Assembly: GCA_031835245.2 (NCBI GenBank)
Contig: JAVKOQ020000098.1
Span: forward strand, 1 to 64,000
Direction: 5' to 3'
From: Balamuthia mandrillaris
Lineage: Eukaryota
Length of the DNA stretch: 64,000 nucleotides
Below the pieces are notes generated by a model. It ran no database searches. It saw only the letters and a program-made list of their open reading frames with translations, and was not told the DNA's origin. Position numbers and translations under genes: made by a program. Below are positions 49,567 to 63,203 of this stretch, in pieces. Position 1 is the first letter of the stretch. Every line of letters begins with the position of its first letter.

Positions 49567-50713
49567 ATGGAGGTGGAGAAGCCAGACGGTTTGGAAGACC
49601 TGCCCCCCGAGTTGTTGTGCCTTATCTTTGAGTTCATTCCCACGCAAGAGCTGTTGCCTGTATTACTACTTTCCAGCAAATGCCTCTCTGCGGCCTCGGA
49701 CGAGCAGTCTTGGCTGCAGCGCTGCCGCGACGACCTGAACCTTTGCTACAAGATCGATCCTGAATCCTCCTGGAAACAAAACTATCAAAGTTCATCATCA
49801 CCTTCTTCTTCTCCTCCTTCTTCTCTTGTTTCTTTGCTCATTCTTCTAAACAACTTCAAAAATGCAGTGGGGGTGATGGATTGGGATCCCTCGCAGGCCA
49901 CTCTGCCCCAACCCCAACTTAGCGTGCTGTGCAAGCAGCTAAACGTCACTTCGATCGCTTGCGCTTCGCAAGTCAGCAAGGAGACCTTCTTTTTCCCTCG
50001 CAAGGGCGTTGTTGAATGGGACGACAGGTTGGTCCTTTCGAAAAATCATCAAATATTTGCTGTTTGTCCTTTTCTTCATCTCATCTTTGCGGTCTTCCTC
50101 GTTTCTCTCTCTTTCCTCCTCTCGTCTCTACATAGCGGCTATGTGAGCGTTCGTGGCAATCGCTGCTTCACGACTGGGATTCACGCGGTGGAGTTTGTCA
50201 TCCTGAAGAGAAACCGTTCCATTTGGAGCGTTGGCTTTATCGACGATGACTTTGACTGCAGAATACGCGCGTTTTGGAGAGCGGATGGCACCAGGCCCTC
50301 CACCACCTGCTACAGCTGGGGCAACACCACCAGCGCCTCTCACAGTGGTTTGTATTTTGTCTTGGCCTTTCTTGCTTGCTGTCCTCTTCTTCATTGCTGT
50401 CTCTTCTGACTCTTAAACGACAGTGACGGGTTCACCAACAGCTTACTCACGCATCCGTGCGGTGCCATTCGGCTGGAAGGAAGGTGATCGCTTGGGCGCA
50501 TTAGTGGACATGAACGTCGGAAGGATCCATTACTTCCTCAACGACAAACACGTGGAGACTCTTCCGTTGGAACCCAAGTCCAAGAGGCTATGGCCCGTGG
50601 CCACCCTGTTGGACAAGGGCTGCTCTGTGGAGCTGCGGAGGAGCAGCCCTTCGGTGTACCTGCCGAAACTAGAGCAAGCCATTGTGAATCGTTGCCCTTC
50701 TGTGTTGCCATAA
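49567..50713 (+). CDS. F-box + SPRY/B30.2 domain protein
   Basis: LEDLPPELLCLIFEFI..SKCL..W; SVRGNRCFTTGIHAVEF..SVGF; EGDRLGALVDMNVGRIHYFLND..LWPVATL. Confidence 0.85.
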
Positions 50714-51081
50714 AAGACTTTTTTTTTTGTTCTCGTTGTGTCGTCAAAAATTAAAATTTGTGGACATGAATGTCGACAAAAATCAATGATAGACACCAGC
50801 TTTAGTGCTTCCATCCAGAGTCGAACCAACGGCAATAATGATTTACCGCCATTTTTTTGTTTTGTCGACGTTAAAAAAAAGCGGAAAGAAAAAGAGTGGT
50901 GAACGGAGTAGCGAAGAAGAGGAAGAGGAGGAAGGGAAGGAGAAGAAGCGCTGCTTCGCCTTTGTGAGAGAGGGGAAAAGAAGGAGTAGCACCACACCAC
51001 CAAACTACTCCTTTTCTGTTATTTATTCGAGCGGAATCATTTTCGAAATCGGTCACTCTCCTCACAAAAACGAAAAAAAAA

Positions 51082-51545
51082 ATGTTTTCTCCCTCTTTTC
51101 GTGCTGAGACGACCGCCACCACTACCGCCGCGGCTGCTGCTGATCCTCTTCCTCTTCAAACGCCGGGAAGTGCCGCTGCCGTTCCCTTTGACGGCAAAAT
51201 CTTGGAGGCGCTGCGCGCAGCCGCCAAAGAGATTGACCAAAATCTGGACCGCGACGATAACTTCCCTGAGCTTTGGGATCTCTTCACCTCTGGTGCCACT
51301 GCCGACTACACGCTCAGCGTTCGCCCCCAGTTTTACAGGAAGAAGATTGTGGTCCTGCCGGAGGTCTTGTTGGAGCAGTACAGCCGGCTGGAATGCAAGT
51401 GCTTCATGGGCATCTTTCCTCAGATCAACCGAGCCTGGATTACCATCGACAACCAGCTGTTCCTCTGGAATTATGACGACGGGTTCGTTGAAGCTCGATA
51501 GTTTTTGTTGATGTGGTCATGTTTTTCTCACTCTATTTTATTTCC

Positions 51546-51583
<38 letters not shown>

Positions 51584-52109
51584 TTGTTCTCTTTCTTCTT
51601 TTTTTTCCTTTTGTTCTACTTTGTCCGTCTTCCTTTGCGTTCGTTTTTTTGTTTTGCTCTTCTCTTTTCTCTTTTCTGTGTTCTCGTAGGAGCGACTTTT
51701 GCGTGTATGACGGTTTGGATCAGATTATAGTGAGCGTGGGATTGGTTACTCCCAAAGCTAACGTCTTTGTGGACGAGATCAAGTACCTGTTGGTGCTCGC
51801 TACCCCTGTTGAGATTGTTATACTGGCTGTTTGCTTTGATGGAAACACAATCTTTGGCGAGCTAAGTTTACATCCCAGTAAGCATTCTCTCGTCTCTCCC
51901 GTCTCTCCCGTCTCTCCCGTCTCTCTCTCGTCTCTCTCTCGTCTCTCTCGTCTCTCTCTTATTTTCTATTGAACAAAAGCACAATTGGCACTGGCTTCCG
52001 ATAATGTCAATATGCTGGAAATTGTTGGAACGAAGGATGGCCGTATATTCATGGCTGGCAAAGACGGTTGTCTCTACGAGCTCTATTACCAGGTTAGCCT
52101 TCCTTCTTT

Positions 52110-52148
<39 letters not shown>

Positions 52149-52807
52149 CTAATCGGAAGCTTGCTATGAGTAGGCGGAGGACGGCTGGTTCAGCAAACGG
52201 TGTAGAAAGATCAATCACTCAGCCAGTATTTTGGGATCTTTAATGCCCTCTTTTCTCAAGTATGTTTCTTTTTATCCAAAGCCATGCCTTTCCTACTCAC
52301 ACACACACACACACTCTCTCTCTCTCTCTTCCTTTCCCTACTATCTTCAGATTCGCACAAGAGGATTCACTCACCAACATTGTGGTCGACGAGGCTCGTC
52401 ACATTCTTTACACACTTTCAAAGAAGGGCAGCATTCAGGTAATATTATTTTCCATCACACTGTCTTCAGTGATTTAACAAACTCCCTTGTTGCTTCTCTC
52501 CATCACCCCATAGGTTTTTGATCTTGGCGAAAAGGGAGATTCTATGAACGTGGTCACACAAGTTGGAGATGTTGTGAAGTTGGCCTATTCGCTCTGTCCA
52601 CAGTTGAAGAAAGAGAAAGAGGTACATTTCTTTACACAGAAGCAATTTTTTTTTCGCTTTGCAAACTCAATTTCTTTCCCAAACAACAGATTAAAGTTCA
52701 ATCCATTCATGTCATACCTCCCTCTGAGTCTAAGCGGGTTCACCTTGTTGCCATTACCTCGACTGGCGTTCGATTTTACTTTACCACCAATAGCATGGAT
52801 TCTGTAC

Positions 52808-52838
<31 letters not shown>

Positions 52839-55800
52839 CCCTCGTTCCCTTATCTCACTTTAATTCTTCTTTATTATTATTTAAAGGGAGTATCTTCCTC
52901 AGTTCTACTACGACCAACTCTTTTGGGAATGATTCACGTTCGAATGCCACCTGATTATTCTCGCTTTATGACTCACGCCATGCCCCCTATATCTTCTCCT
53001 GCTGCTGCTAGGTCTGGCTATTTTCCTGGAACCGCCCAAGGTGCTCATTCTCTCGTCTCTTTCTTTCTTCTCTCCATCACTACCTTATAATGCTAACGCC
53101 TGTTATCATAAAGAACGAGAGCGCGAACGTGTGAGAACGTATTCTGTTGATACTACATTTTACTCGCACGGCGTACTTTTGATGGCCGATTCTCGAAGCG
53201 AACAAAGCGACACACTTTTGGCCATATCACCTGATATTAACGAGACTCTAATGCGCCAACGTGGAAACTATTAGTGCGTTTTCCTCTCTTACCTTCAGAC
53301 ATGTTTATTTCTATTCGTGTTTGTTATATTCTTCATATTGGATTGTTCCTTTCGTGTTGCTCTTTTCTTCCTTTCGTGCTACCTCTGTTATTCTAACTGC
53401 TGGAAAATACAGTGGAGACTCAATGATTATATCATCGCGACCGGGTTTCTTCGAGACAGCAACAGTACTGGAAATACAAGGCAAAGTGTGGAGTATTGCC
53501 CAAGTCCCTATTTCATTGTCTTTAATGCGAGGAGCGAGTTCTTCCTCCTCCATGATCGGTGCCGACGGAGAGATTTACTCTGCGGAGGATAGCACCCACT
53601 TAGAAAATTTGAGCAACGAGTTAGCAGTTCAACACTTCGTGCCGCCGCGTCAGTATCTCTGTCTCACGAACACGGGCCTCCATTTCTTGGTCAAGATGAG
53701 GCCTGTGGATCATCTTTTGCAACTGTTGCTCAATTCTGGTGGAGCTGACACGGATGCTCTTACGGTTCGTTTCTTGCTTCTCTTTCTTCTCTATTTCTTT
53801 TGCAACCCACTTAACCTCTCATTTATTTTTCTGTCCATTTGTGTTTGTTTTTATTCGTTTCATTTCTCTCTTTATTTGTTTTACAGCAATTTTTTGAGCA
53901 ATATGGAAGTACTGAGGCTTGTGCAATGTGTCTTATTTTGGCTACCTCGTCCAACACGCGATCGTCGCCAAGGTCTGCAATGGAAGGATCTCTCACTCCG
54001 GATGGTCGAGGTTACTTCTCTCCGTCTGTTACTGCACCTGATCCTAACGTGGCTCTGTGGGCTACGCGAGCCTTTTTCAAGCATGGTGGTCATCCTCGCT
54101 ACGACCCTGGTGGTGGCGCCTACTCACAACCGACGCGTATGTCTTTATCCTCTCTGTTCTACTCTACTTTGTTTCTTTAAACTTATGAACAAAAACCTCC
54201 ATTAAAATATAAAAACAGAACAAACAACACCACGAGCTCAAGCCAGAGGACAAGCAACGCCCTCTGCGGCTGATGCCTCAACTGGAGGAGCGATGTACAT
54301 GGGACAAGCCATCATGCGCCGACCAGAGATCATCTTCTCAGGCAGTCACAACGGCTTTTGTCTATATCTCTCTCGCATCTTGCGGCCGGTGTGGAATCGT
54401 CCCATCACCATTGTGGAAGGCCTCAACCAATCCCAATTTTTGGATCTAGAACAGAGCTTGTTGGCGCTTCTTCAGTTCTTAGAGCAGAACCCCCACTTTG
54501 CACCCATTCCTGCTGAACTTCGAGCTGCTGCTTCTTCGGATAGTTCTCTGCAACAAAGAGAGTTGGAATCCCCTCAAGCTGGACGTGCTGCTGCTCGCAT
54601 TCGCGTCGACGGGGATGAAGAAGGAGAGGAACGACACTATTTACGCTCTCCTGCCGCTTCTGCCAGAATGCAAGACCGTTTGCAACAGCTTTATCATCGC
54701 AAGTCGGGAGACGAGGCCAAACGCGCTGAACAGCGCTCTCTCGCCCACGCTCATCTTCTCCTGCGCCGTTGCAAAGAGACCTTCTCCTTTCTCTCCATTT
54801 TGGGAGATCATCGCTTTGCTCGCGTGGTACGCAGGATTCCAGAGGAGCTTCAAGTTCAACTCACTCGTATCACTTTCTCCGAGTTGGTGACCACTCCGGC
54901 TGGCTTTGAGCTCACTCGCTTATTGGTGAACGCTTTGCTAAGCCTTTACACGGGTAGTGCTGTCAACACTTCCGCTAAATCTGCTGATGCTTCTACATCT
55001 TCTGGCGGTTCTTCTGCTTCTTCCTCTGCTGCTTCCTCATCCGTTTCTTCCATTGGCAAAAGAGCAACCCTGGAAAGAAGGCGAGGAGCAGAACTGAACG
55101 ATGACGAATACATTCACGAATCCGTAGATGCTATCTGCCAACTCCTTCGTCAACGCTGTCCCTCCATCTTTGGCGAGGAGGACAGGATCCGCTTCAAAGC
55201 AGAAGAGCTACTCTACAAGGCCAAAACTGGAAGAACGGCTCGCGAGAGAGAAGACTACTTGGTGCCCTCTCTTCGCATGTTCCTACAGATTGCTGCCCAT
55301 ATGACTCCTGCCGAGCTGCAGGCTATCAGCGAGGAGTTTCAGTTTCTGCACTACTATCACGGCGTGGTCTCTCTTTGCTTGCTTTGTGCAGAGGGAGCTG
55401 ATCCCGCTCATCTCGCTTTATCTTGGTACAAGGAGCAACAACAACTACAACGGGATGATTCTCTCCAACCTTCTCTTTCAACGAGCGAGACAGGAGAAGC
55501 AGCAGCTAGAGCCACTTTTGAAGCGAGACAACAATGTTACCAGCCTATCATCTCCGTGTTGGACGAGCTCCTAGCCGGCATTCCTCCCTCCTTTTCGCAC
55601 AAACTACCACAAGAGGTCCTCCACGCACGACCCACGATAGACCCCACTTTACTCGAGCGCGAAAAGGCCCAAACCTTGCAAGTTGCCCTCGCCGATGAAC
55701 ACTCTCGCAACGACCAGCTCTGGCACATCACTCTCTATGACTGGTTTACCGAACACAATCTCACGCACCAACTTTTGGAGAGCTGCATCCGTTTCGACAG

Positions 55801-57157
55801 CCCCTTCATCGAGGACTACCTGCAACACACCTCTTTAGAGCTCCTCTCCAAATACTACATCCACAAACGACGCTTTGATGCCGCTGCACTCTGTAACGCT
55901 CGTTTGGCCGAGCGGAAGGGAGGAGCAGAGGAAGGATTGACGTTGGAAGTAAGAGTGGAGAACTACTTGGCGAGAGCGGTTTCTTGCGCCAAGAGTTGCG
56001 TAGGGAGGGGGGAGATGTTGCATGAGCTGCAGCAGAAGATGGACGTGGCGCAGATTCAACTGAAGATCAAGCAGGAGTTGGGCAGGCGGTTGCCCCATTT
56101 TGTCCAATTTAGCGAGAACGAACTAGAGGATGCGAAGAGGTCATTGGATTATGAGCTGCTTTCTATTTCGGAGGTACTTGCTCTTATTTCTTTCTTCTTG
56201 CTCTTGCTTCTTTGTCGTCTTTATCTTCTTTATCTTCTTCTGTTCTTATTCCATGATTAACTTTTTGACTTTTATAAACAGTTGTATAACAAATACGCAA
56301 AGAAATACGGTCTTTGGGAGAGTTGTTTGGCCATATTGAAGTGCTCTGGCCACAACGATCCCGCTCTGGTCAAAAAGTTTTGGGAAAACATCGTGTTGGA
56401 AGGTTCATTTTATCTTTTTGCTTCTGTCTTTCTTTTTTTTTTCTTTTTTCTTACAGAAAATCCTTTTTACAGAGTTATACAACGCGGACAGTCCAGATTA
56501 TACGGTGGATTCGCTGCGCACGCGCATCGTTTCCGTTGGAAGAAGTCTCCAGTATCCCAACGAGCTTGTGCTTCCCATCCGTTCGTCCTCCTTTCCTTTG
56601 CCTTTCCTCTCCCTTTTTCTGGTAATTCGTTTGCTAAAAGACATACCATTTAAACAATAGCGTGGCTGTGCAACTATTTGGAGCTCAAGAGCTTTGAGTA
56701 CCAACGATGGCACTACGGATGGGTCGTCCAAACAATGCGCGAAATCGGCGTGCCCTTCCCGCAACTCTTTCAAATCTACAACAAGTTTTTCCACTCGAGC
56801 GATTCCTACTGGAGCAGTTCAGCGACCACAACCATCCTTCCTGAATCCTCTTCTTCTTCCTCATCTTCCTCTCTTCGTCCTCAACAACAACCGTTTTCTC
56901 CGCAACTTCACATCCTAAAAGTGCTCTTCTGTTTGGTGGAAGAGTGGATGGCGTATCGATTTTCCAAGCGGGCCACCTCGTTGGACGTGGCGCAGTTTAG
57001 AGCGGCCAAAGCGGAGCTGCATTTGGAGGAGTATGTCATGGCGTTGGGCGCGTTGCCGACCACCTCCGCTTCGTTTGCTGCTGATGTGGAGAAGTGCAAA
57101 GAGGGATTCCGAGAGTTGCTCGCCATTCTTCGTGAGAAAGAAAGCGAAGAGTATTAA
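51082..57157 (+). CDS. NUP155: Nucleoporin Nup155/Nup170 (multi-exon)
   Basis: [97 protein letters not shown]. Confidence 0.93.
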
Positions 57158-57198
57158 ACAATGAATAAACTGCAGTTTAAAATGAGACCTTTTTTTTG

Positions 57199-58290
57199 TT
57201 AAGGAATGAGAGAAGGAGAAGAGGAGGAAGATGGTTGTTGGTGAGATGAAGAAGAAGAGAAAGAGAGAAGACGAAAGCGATCTCCTGACAGTTCGAATGT
57301 TGCCTTTGTAGTTGTTGTTGATGAGGACGAGGAAGAAGAAGCGCCATCTAGAAGGGAGAGAGAGAATGGGTTGTGTTGGCCTTGGAGCAGAAGCACCAGA
57401 GGGAACCACCGCTGATAGAATGCGGTGGCGCGAGAGTGAGAAGGCATTGCTTCCAAGTTCAACGTGTCTGATACTAAAACTGTTGAGAATGGGTTTGTTG
57501 AACTGTTCAACAAGTTAGAAAAAAGAAAGGAAGGTGGAAAGAAGAGAATTGAGAAGCAGAGACGAGAGAAGAAAGGAGGAAGCAGAATGAAAGAATACGA
57601 ACTTTACAGAGGAAAGATAGTTGGCAGCTTCACGAACAAAAGCGGCCGTTTTGGCTAGAGTGGCAGCGGAGGTAGCTCCCTCCACGAAAAATGAGGAAAG
57701 GTCATCGATGGCAAGGAGTTCGGGCGGCGGTTGCATGAGGTGAAGGCTCGCACAGAAGGCTCTTAACTCAGCTTCGTTATCAATGTACCTGCGGAATTGG
57801 AAGAAAGAAACGACAAGAAAGAGAGAACAGAAAAGAAAAAAACGAAAGAAAGAAAGAAACGATGAGACAAGAGAGAAAGAGAGAGGAGAGGAAGAGAGGA
57901 GAGGAAGAGAGAGAGAGAGAGAGAACTTCATTTGAATCCTTTCAAGGACAGTCATGTCCGGTTCAATGGCGGCAGGAAAGAGGGGCAGCTGGTTACAGAT
58001 CTTTTGCTTCATGCAGAGAAAGAATACAGCATTTGGTCGTTGAGCATGGCTCTTTGCATAGTTATAAGCATACTGAAACAACAATGAAGTCTTTCCACTG
58101 CATAGTTTTTTTTGTTGTTTTCATTCTTTCGTTTAAGCCATTTGAGTAGCAGAAAAAAAAAAAGGGATGCCTGATCATACCAACGAGGAGGACCCAGCAG
58201 CAAAGAACAATGCGACTCGTGTTGCCACTCGCTGGGGTCTTCAGCAAGGGCTGATGGCTCAACAGAGAAAAAGAATCTGAGGTCTAGCAT
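57199..58290 (-). CDS. SWSAP1-like RAD51-paralog ATPase (4 exons)
   Basis: LLLGPPR..GKTSLLFQYAY (spliced Walker A), LERIQMK|YIDNEAELRAFCASLHL..PELLAIDDLSSF (Walker B). Confidence 0.72.
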
Positions 58291-58565
58291 CAAATGGTTT
58301 CGCTTTTTTTTTTCGGTTATTTATTTTTTTTATCGTTTTACTTTTTTTTTAACAATTCCAAGAAAAATTTGCGATGAAATATCACCGCTTTTGCAATCCG
58401 TTGGAGTCGAACCGACGACAAAATCCCATTCCGAAATAATTAATAATAATTTCCAAATTTGTAAATAATATTTGTTTTTGTTTGTAATGCTGTACACGAA
58501 AACCTCTTCTCCCCCTATTGCCGAAATCTACACATGTTTTTTTTTGTCCCTGCTGGGAGAAAGGC

Positions 58566-59112
58566 CTATTCGGTCGAATTTTTTCTCCTTGTGAGACGTC
58601 GGTAGAAGCCTTTAAATACGGCGGGCGTTCTTCGCGAACGAACCGACTGGCGGCCTCTTCGTCGTATTGTTGGGGAGGCAGCTGTGGGCGCCTGTTCTGA
58701 GCTGTTTCTGATGATGGTATCGCCAATTACAGTTGGGGTACAGTTGTTGTCCTCCTCAAAGCACAAGAGCTCCTCTTGAGCAATTATCATGGACAATGGT
58801 TGTTGATAACAAATGGTTCGTGGAGCAGCTCTTGTTCTTCCTATTTTTTATAAATATTTTTAAACGTAGAGAAAGGTCAGAGAAAATGAGGTCGTGCTTA
58901 GGTGGTGGTGCAAATAGTTTGTGACGGGACGTACCAGTTCGTGTGTTGTTCAGAATGAGGTGACCCGAGTTGTTCAAAGAGAAAACGGCAGTGGCCTCCC
59001 TGAGGCTTCGCAATGCCTCTTCGCTCTTCTGCCGAACCATACACCCAATGCTTCTGCTTTGTGAGCCCGTTCTACGCAGGGCTCTCTGGGACGTCCGTCT
59101 GAAATTCTCCAT
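58566..59112 (-). CDS. Hypothetical small basic protein
   Basis: Two coding-like frames (58756-59112, 58566-58796) that would need a very short (about 25-nt) intron or a frameshift to join. Confidence 0.3.
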
Positions 59113-59589
59113 ATTCTGTGCGGCGGGTTGTTATGTGTGTGTATGTGTCGTGCTTTGTAGCCTGTATGTCCTTCTCAATTCAGCTTTGATCGTTGGTCGG
59201 AAAAGAAAAAAGAATAAAAAATGGGCAGCAAACTGGGTTAAAATAGGAAAAGCTCCCATACGCCACCCCACACGTCAGCTTTACCTGTTTAGGATACCAA
59301 ATGCAGATACAAAGCCGATTTGGAAAAACTGGCAAATTAGGAAGCTCCTAAACTCTCGGGAAGTTTTTTGATTGGTTGCCGAATGGAAACTGCCCGAAGT
59401 AAAAGACCAGCCTTTTCGTCGACATTTCCGCTTTTCTCCTTTTTGTATTGTTCATCTGTTTCCACGTGCGTGAAAAGAGGGATGGGTTGAACTTTGCGCC
59501 AAACATCTGCCAAAAAAAACAGGTCGCAAAGTGAATGGTTGGGTAGAAGCGGGATGGATTTTACTTGAAACACCTTTGGTCTTATCCAT

Positions 59590-60422
59590 TCAATGTTGTT
59601 TTAACAGATCGGCAGACGAGGCTTCTGGTGATGGTACAATTTTCATGGCGGCATGTATGATGCACACTGCGCATATTGAAGCAAAAGGGAAAAAGAGATG
59701 GCGAAACAGTTCAGCGAACATGGAAGAAAAGAAAAAGGAACAAAGGAAATGGTTACCGGAGAAACTGGAAAGTGATAAATAGAGTAATGGTTTCGTCAAC
59801 TCCAGGAAGAACACAAGAACAATGATCGCTGTTGGTAGAATTGTAAAACGGAGAAATACGCTTCAGAAAAACAAAAAAAGAGAATAGAGAGAGAGAAACA
59901 AAAGGAGAAGAGAGAAGAGGAGAGAAGAGAGGGGAAGAAAGAAGAAAGAAGAAATTGGAAAAGAAAAAGAGAGAGAACAGAAAGAAGAGCATGGAATAAT
60001 AATATATGGGGGAGGATAGAAAATGAAAAAGGAAAAATATGGCCGAACAGATCGAAAAGAGAAGAGAAACGAGCTTAGGGGCTCAAAAGCAAAGGATGAG
60101 GTACATCCAAGATCAACTTTTGAATAGCTTTGAGAGAGGAAAGATAGAAGAGAAACGCGTACCTAAAAGAAGAAGAGCGCTGCGATGCAGTTGCGAAAGC
60201 TCTACAGTGCCAACATGAAGGGGCGTGTTGCGGAGAGCAAAGATAATGCCGGCACCCACCACTGCCGTCAATAACACTTGGAACAACTCCATATGAAATA
60301 CAAAACTATTTTCCCAAAAAAGAGTTAGTTGATTGATGTGAGAAAAGCAAAGAGAAGGTAAGAGAACGAAGAAGGAAGATAAGAAGGAGAAGGAGCAGAA
60401 GAAGAAGAAGAAGAAGAAGAAG

Positions 60423-60454
<32 letters not shown>

Positions 60455-62049
60455 GAACAAGAATAAGAAAAAGAAAAAGAAGAGAGTATGAGACGGATAG
60501 CAACCTCATGAGAAGAAGACAAACAGCAAATAGAACCGAGTAGTTACTTTTGAAGTAAACCATGTTACGTTGAACTCTGTCTTGTGCAACGAGAACATCC
60601 TCCGGCACTTTAAAAGCAGAGGACGAAGAAGATGGTGATGAGGAAGCATCGGAGGAAGGAGAGACCCCCAAAAACTCGTTCCAGCTGCGAAAGTCTTTGT
60701 AAAGACTTTCCCCAAAGTTTGTCACTTTATCAAACAACTTATTTCCTTCGGTCGACGTTGCTGAACCTTGTTCTCTTTGTTCTTTTCTATCCTCATTCGC
60801 TTCGTTGTTTCTGAAAGTAACAGAAGAAGAAGCACTTGGCAAAGGGTCTTTTCGTCTGGGTTGTGGTTCTGGCCTTCTATTCGTTACATTGGACGGAGGG
60901 GATGGCGATGGTGAAGAAGCAGAAGAAGTAACAGAAAAAGGAAGAGCTCGTTTTGCAGGAGGAGAAGAAGACAAAGAAGAAGGGGATGGTGATGGTGGAG
61001 AAACAGAAGAGGTAACGGGCAAAGGAGGAGGTGTTCGTTTTGGAGGAGAAGATGTAGCAGTGTTGTTCTTTGCTGCGGTAAAAGCAGTCGAAGCAGAAGT
61101 TGATGGGGGAACCGAAGGAGAAGGAGGAGAAGGAGAAGGTCGGGAGAGTGATTTCACAGCTTTGGGTTGGTATTGCTTCGCCTCTTCAGGAGAGAGCAGA
61201 GTAACATAGTTGGAAGGAAACATGCCAACCGTTCCATCCTGGCTTTGTCCTTTCCACCACTGTCCTTTCTGTTCCAGCACCGTGTAAACTGCCCCCTTTT
61301 GCAGCTCTAACTCATCAGGCCTCGTTGGGGCGTAACCCCACTTCGCTCTACACATTGTCGCTGGAGGAGTAGCGGCAGGAATGGCAGGTGGCGGTCTACG
61401 TGGAGCAATGTTATTGCTGCTGCTGTTGTTTGGCTCTGTCTTTCTGAGCTGAGGAACAAAAGGAGCAGTGTTGGTATTACTGGGTGGGGGTCGAACAGGT
61501 TGAGCGGATGAGGATGGAGCGGCTGGTTGGTTCGTGGCCTTTCGAAGCTTTGGCATGCCTCCAGCAAAGGGATTGAAGCCTCCTCCCATCATTCCTGCTG
61601 GACCAGATGAACTAGCTCCTCCTCCACTCCCGCCAGTCACACCAGAACCCACGCTTCCTCCGCCTCCGCCTCCGCCTCCTCCAGGTGCATCTTGTTGAGG
61701 GCAAAAAATGAGGAAAAAAAAAATAAACAAACGAAGATGAGAAAAAATAGTGTCAAGAAAGAATGGCTAGAAAGAAGAGAAAGAACCATAACAGCTAACA
61801 AAGAAACGAGGAAGAGAGAGAGAGAGAGAGAAGAGAGAGAGAGAAGAGAGAGAGAATACTTTTATTATTGGAGATAGCAGGACCGGATTTGTCCACGGTA
61901 ACGGCCTTCTTAAGCTTTCCTTTGCGAAAGCCCTCAATGTCTTGCAGAAGCGCCCCTCTGCCAGCGGTAGAGGCCCCAGAGGGAAGCTTCACAATGTTAG
62001 CGGGCGGCGGAGGCGGTGGCCCAGCCGGCGGTGGCGGTGGTCCACTCAT
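59590..62049 (-). CDS. Verprolin/WIP-like WH2 + SH3 + Pro-rich + PRA1-family membrane domain fusion
   Basis: GRGALLQDIEGFRKGKLKKAVTVDKSGP (WH2), FAGGMPKLRK, SH3 AKWGYAPTRPDELEL..WWKG..GMFPSNYV, PRA1 FRSWNEFL..DRVQRNMVYFKSNY..IIHAAMK. Confidence 0.8.
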
Positions 62050-62145
62050 GCTTCTTGGCTACTACTTTTTTTTTGGTTTGCTCTCTTTTTTGTTCATGGA
62101 ATGCATTGGTTTGAATTGTCATTGGCCTGACACAGAGAGGAAAGA

Positions 62146-62349
62146 GGAGAGAGGAGAGAGGAGAGAGGAGAGAGGAGAGAGGAGAGAGGAGAGAGGAGAG
62201 AGCAGAGAGGAGAGAGGAGAGAGGAGAGAGGAGAGAGGAGAGAGCAGAGAGCAGAGAGCAGAGGGCAGAGAGAGAAAAGAGGAGAGCAGAGAGCCGAAGC
62301 GAGAAGAGAGAAGAAAGCAGAGAGAGAAAAGAGGAGAGAAGACAGACAG

Positions 62350-62390
<41 letters not shown>
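62146..62390. repeat. (GAGAG)n/(GA)n purine microsatellite tract
   Basis: Direct reading; lies upstream of the WH2 gene, probably in a 5'UTR intron. Confidence 0.85.
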
Positions 62391-62393
<3 letters not shown>

Positions 62394-62996
62394 GTAAATG
62401 ATAAAGAAGAGGAGCAGCAGATGAAGGGAACCAAAAAAGCGTGCCAACGGGAGACGGGCGGCCAAATGGAGAAGTTAAATTCAAAGAAGAGAAACAAGAA
62501 AGACGAACGACTGCGAAGGAACTACACGATGGAGAGCAATCACAAAGGGAAAGCAAGAAGAATACTAGCGAGAACAAAAACGAGGGTAAAGATAAAGAAT
62601 GAAACGACAAGAAAGACTGCATGCCTGGAGAGAAAAAAAGAAAGAAACAGAACAAGAACATGAATATCCTCGTTGTAAAAAAGAAGAGCACAAAGGAAAG
62701 GAATAGAGTTAAAGATAAAAACAAAAAAATAAATTAAAAGAAAAAAAAAGAAAAGGATAACAAGCCGAAGAAAACATCTCATGAAGGCCAAACGCAAGTG
62801 CTGATGCAGTGTGCTGCTTTCATTGTCGTCCACCAAACGGCTCGTATCTCCTATCACCTTTTTTCTTCCCTTCTTCGTCGTTTCCACATACTATCCTCTT
62901 TCCTTTCCCCCTTTTTTTTTCTCTACAAAAAAACTGCCCAATCTTTTTCCCCCGTCATCATCCTCTGAGGCTTTTGGTTTTGAAGCGCGTTGTGTT

Positions 62997-63203
62997 CTAC
63001 GTGGTGGTGTCGCCAGAAATCATCTGCACCGCCTCTGCGTGCTTCTGGGGGTCTGTTAGCTTTTTGAACGTCGAGTGATCAGGAGCCCCGATAACAAACT
63101 CGTCCTTCTTGCTCTTCTTCTTCTTCTTTTCCTTCTTCTTCTCCGTGGCACCACCCTCCGGGTTGTAGTCGTCCACGTACTCTCTCGCTAGCCATCCTCC
63201 CAT
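62997..63203 (-). CDS. 68-aa protein with MG N-terminus, polybasic tract and CRIB-like motif
   Basis: Coding-like codon usage; MGGW.., [26 protein letters not shown]. Confidence 0.5.
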   Translation of the reverse strand: MGGWLAREYVDDYNPEGGATEKKKEKKKKKSKKDEFVIGAPDHSTFKKLTDPQKHAEAVQMISGDTTT

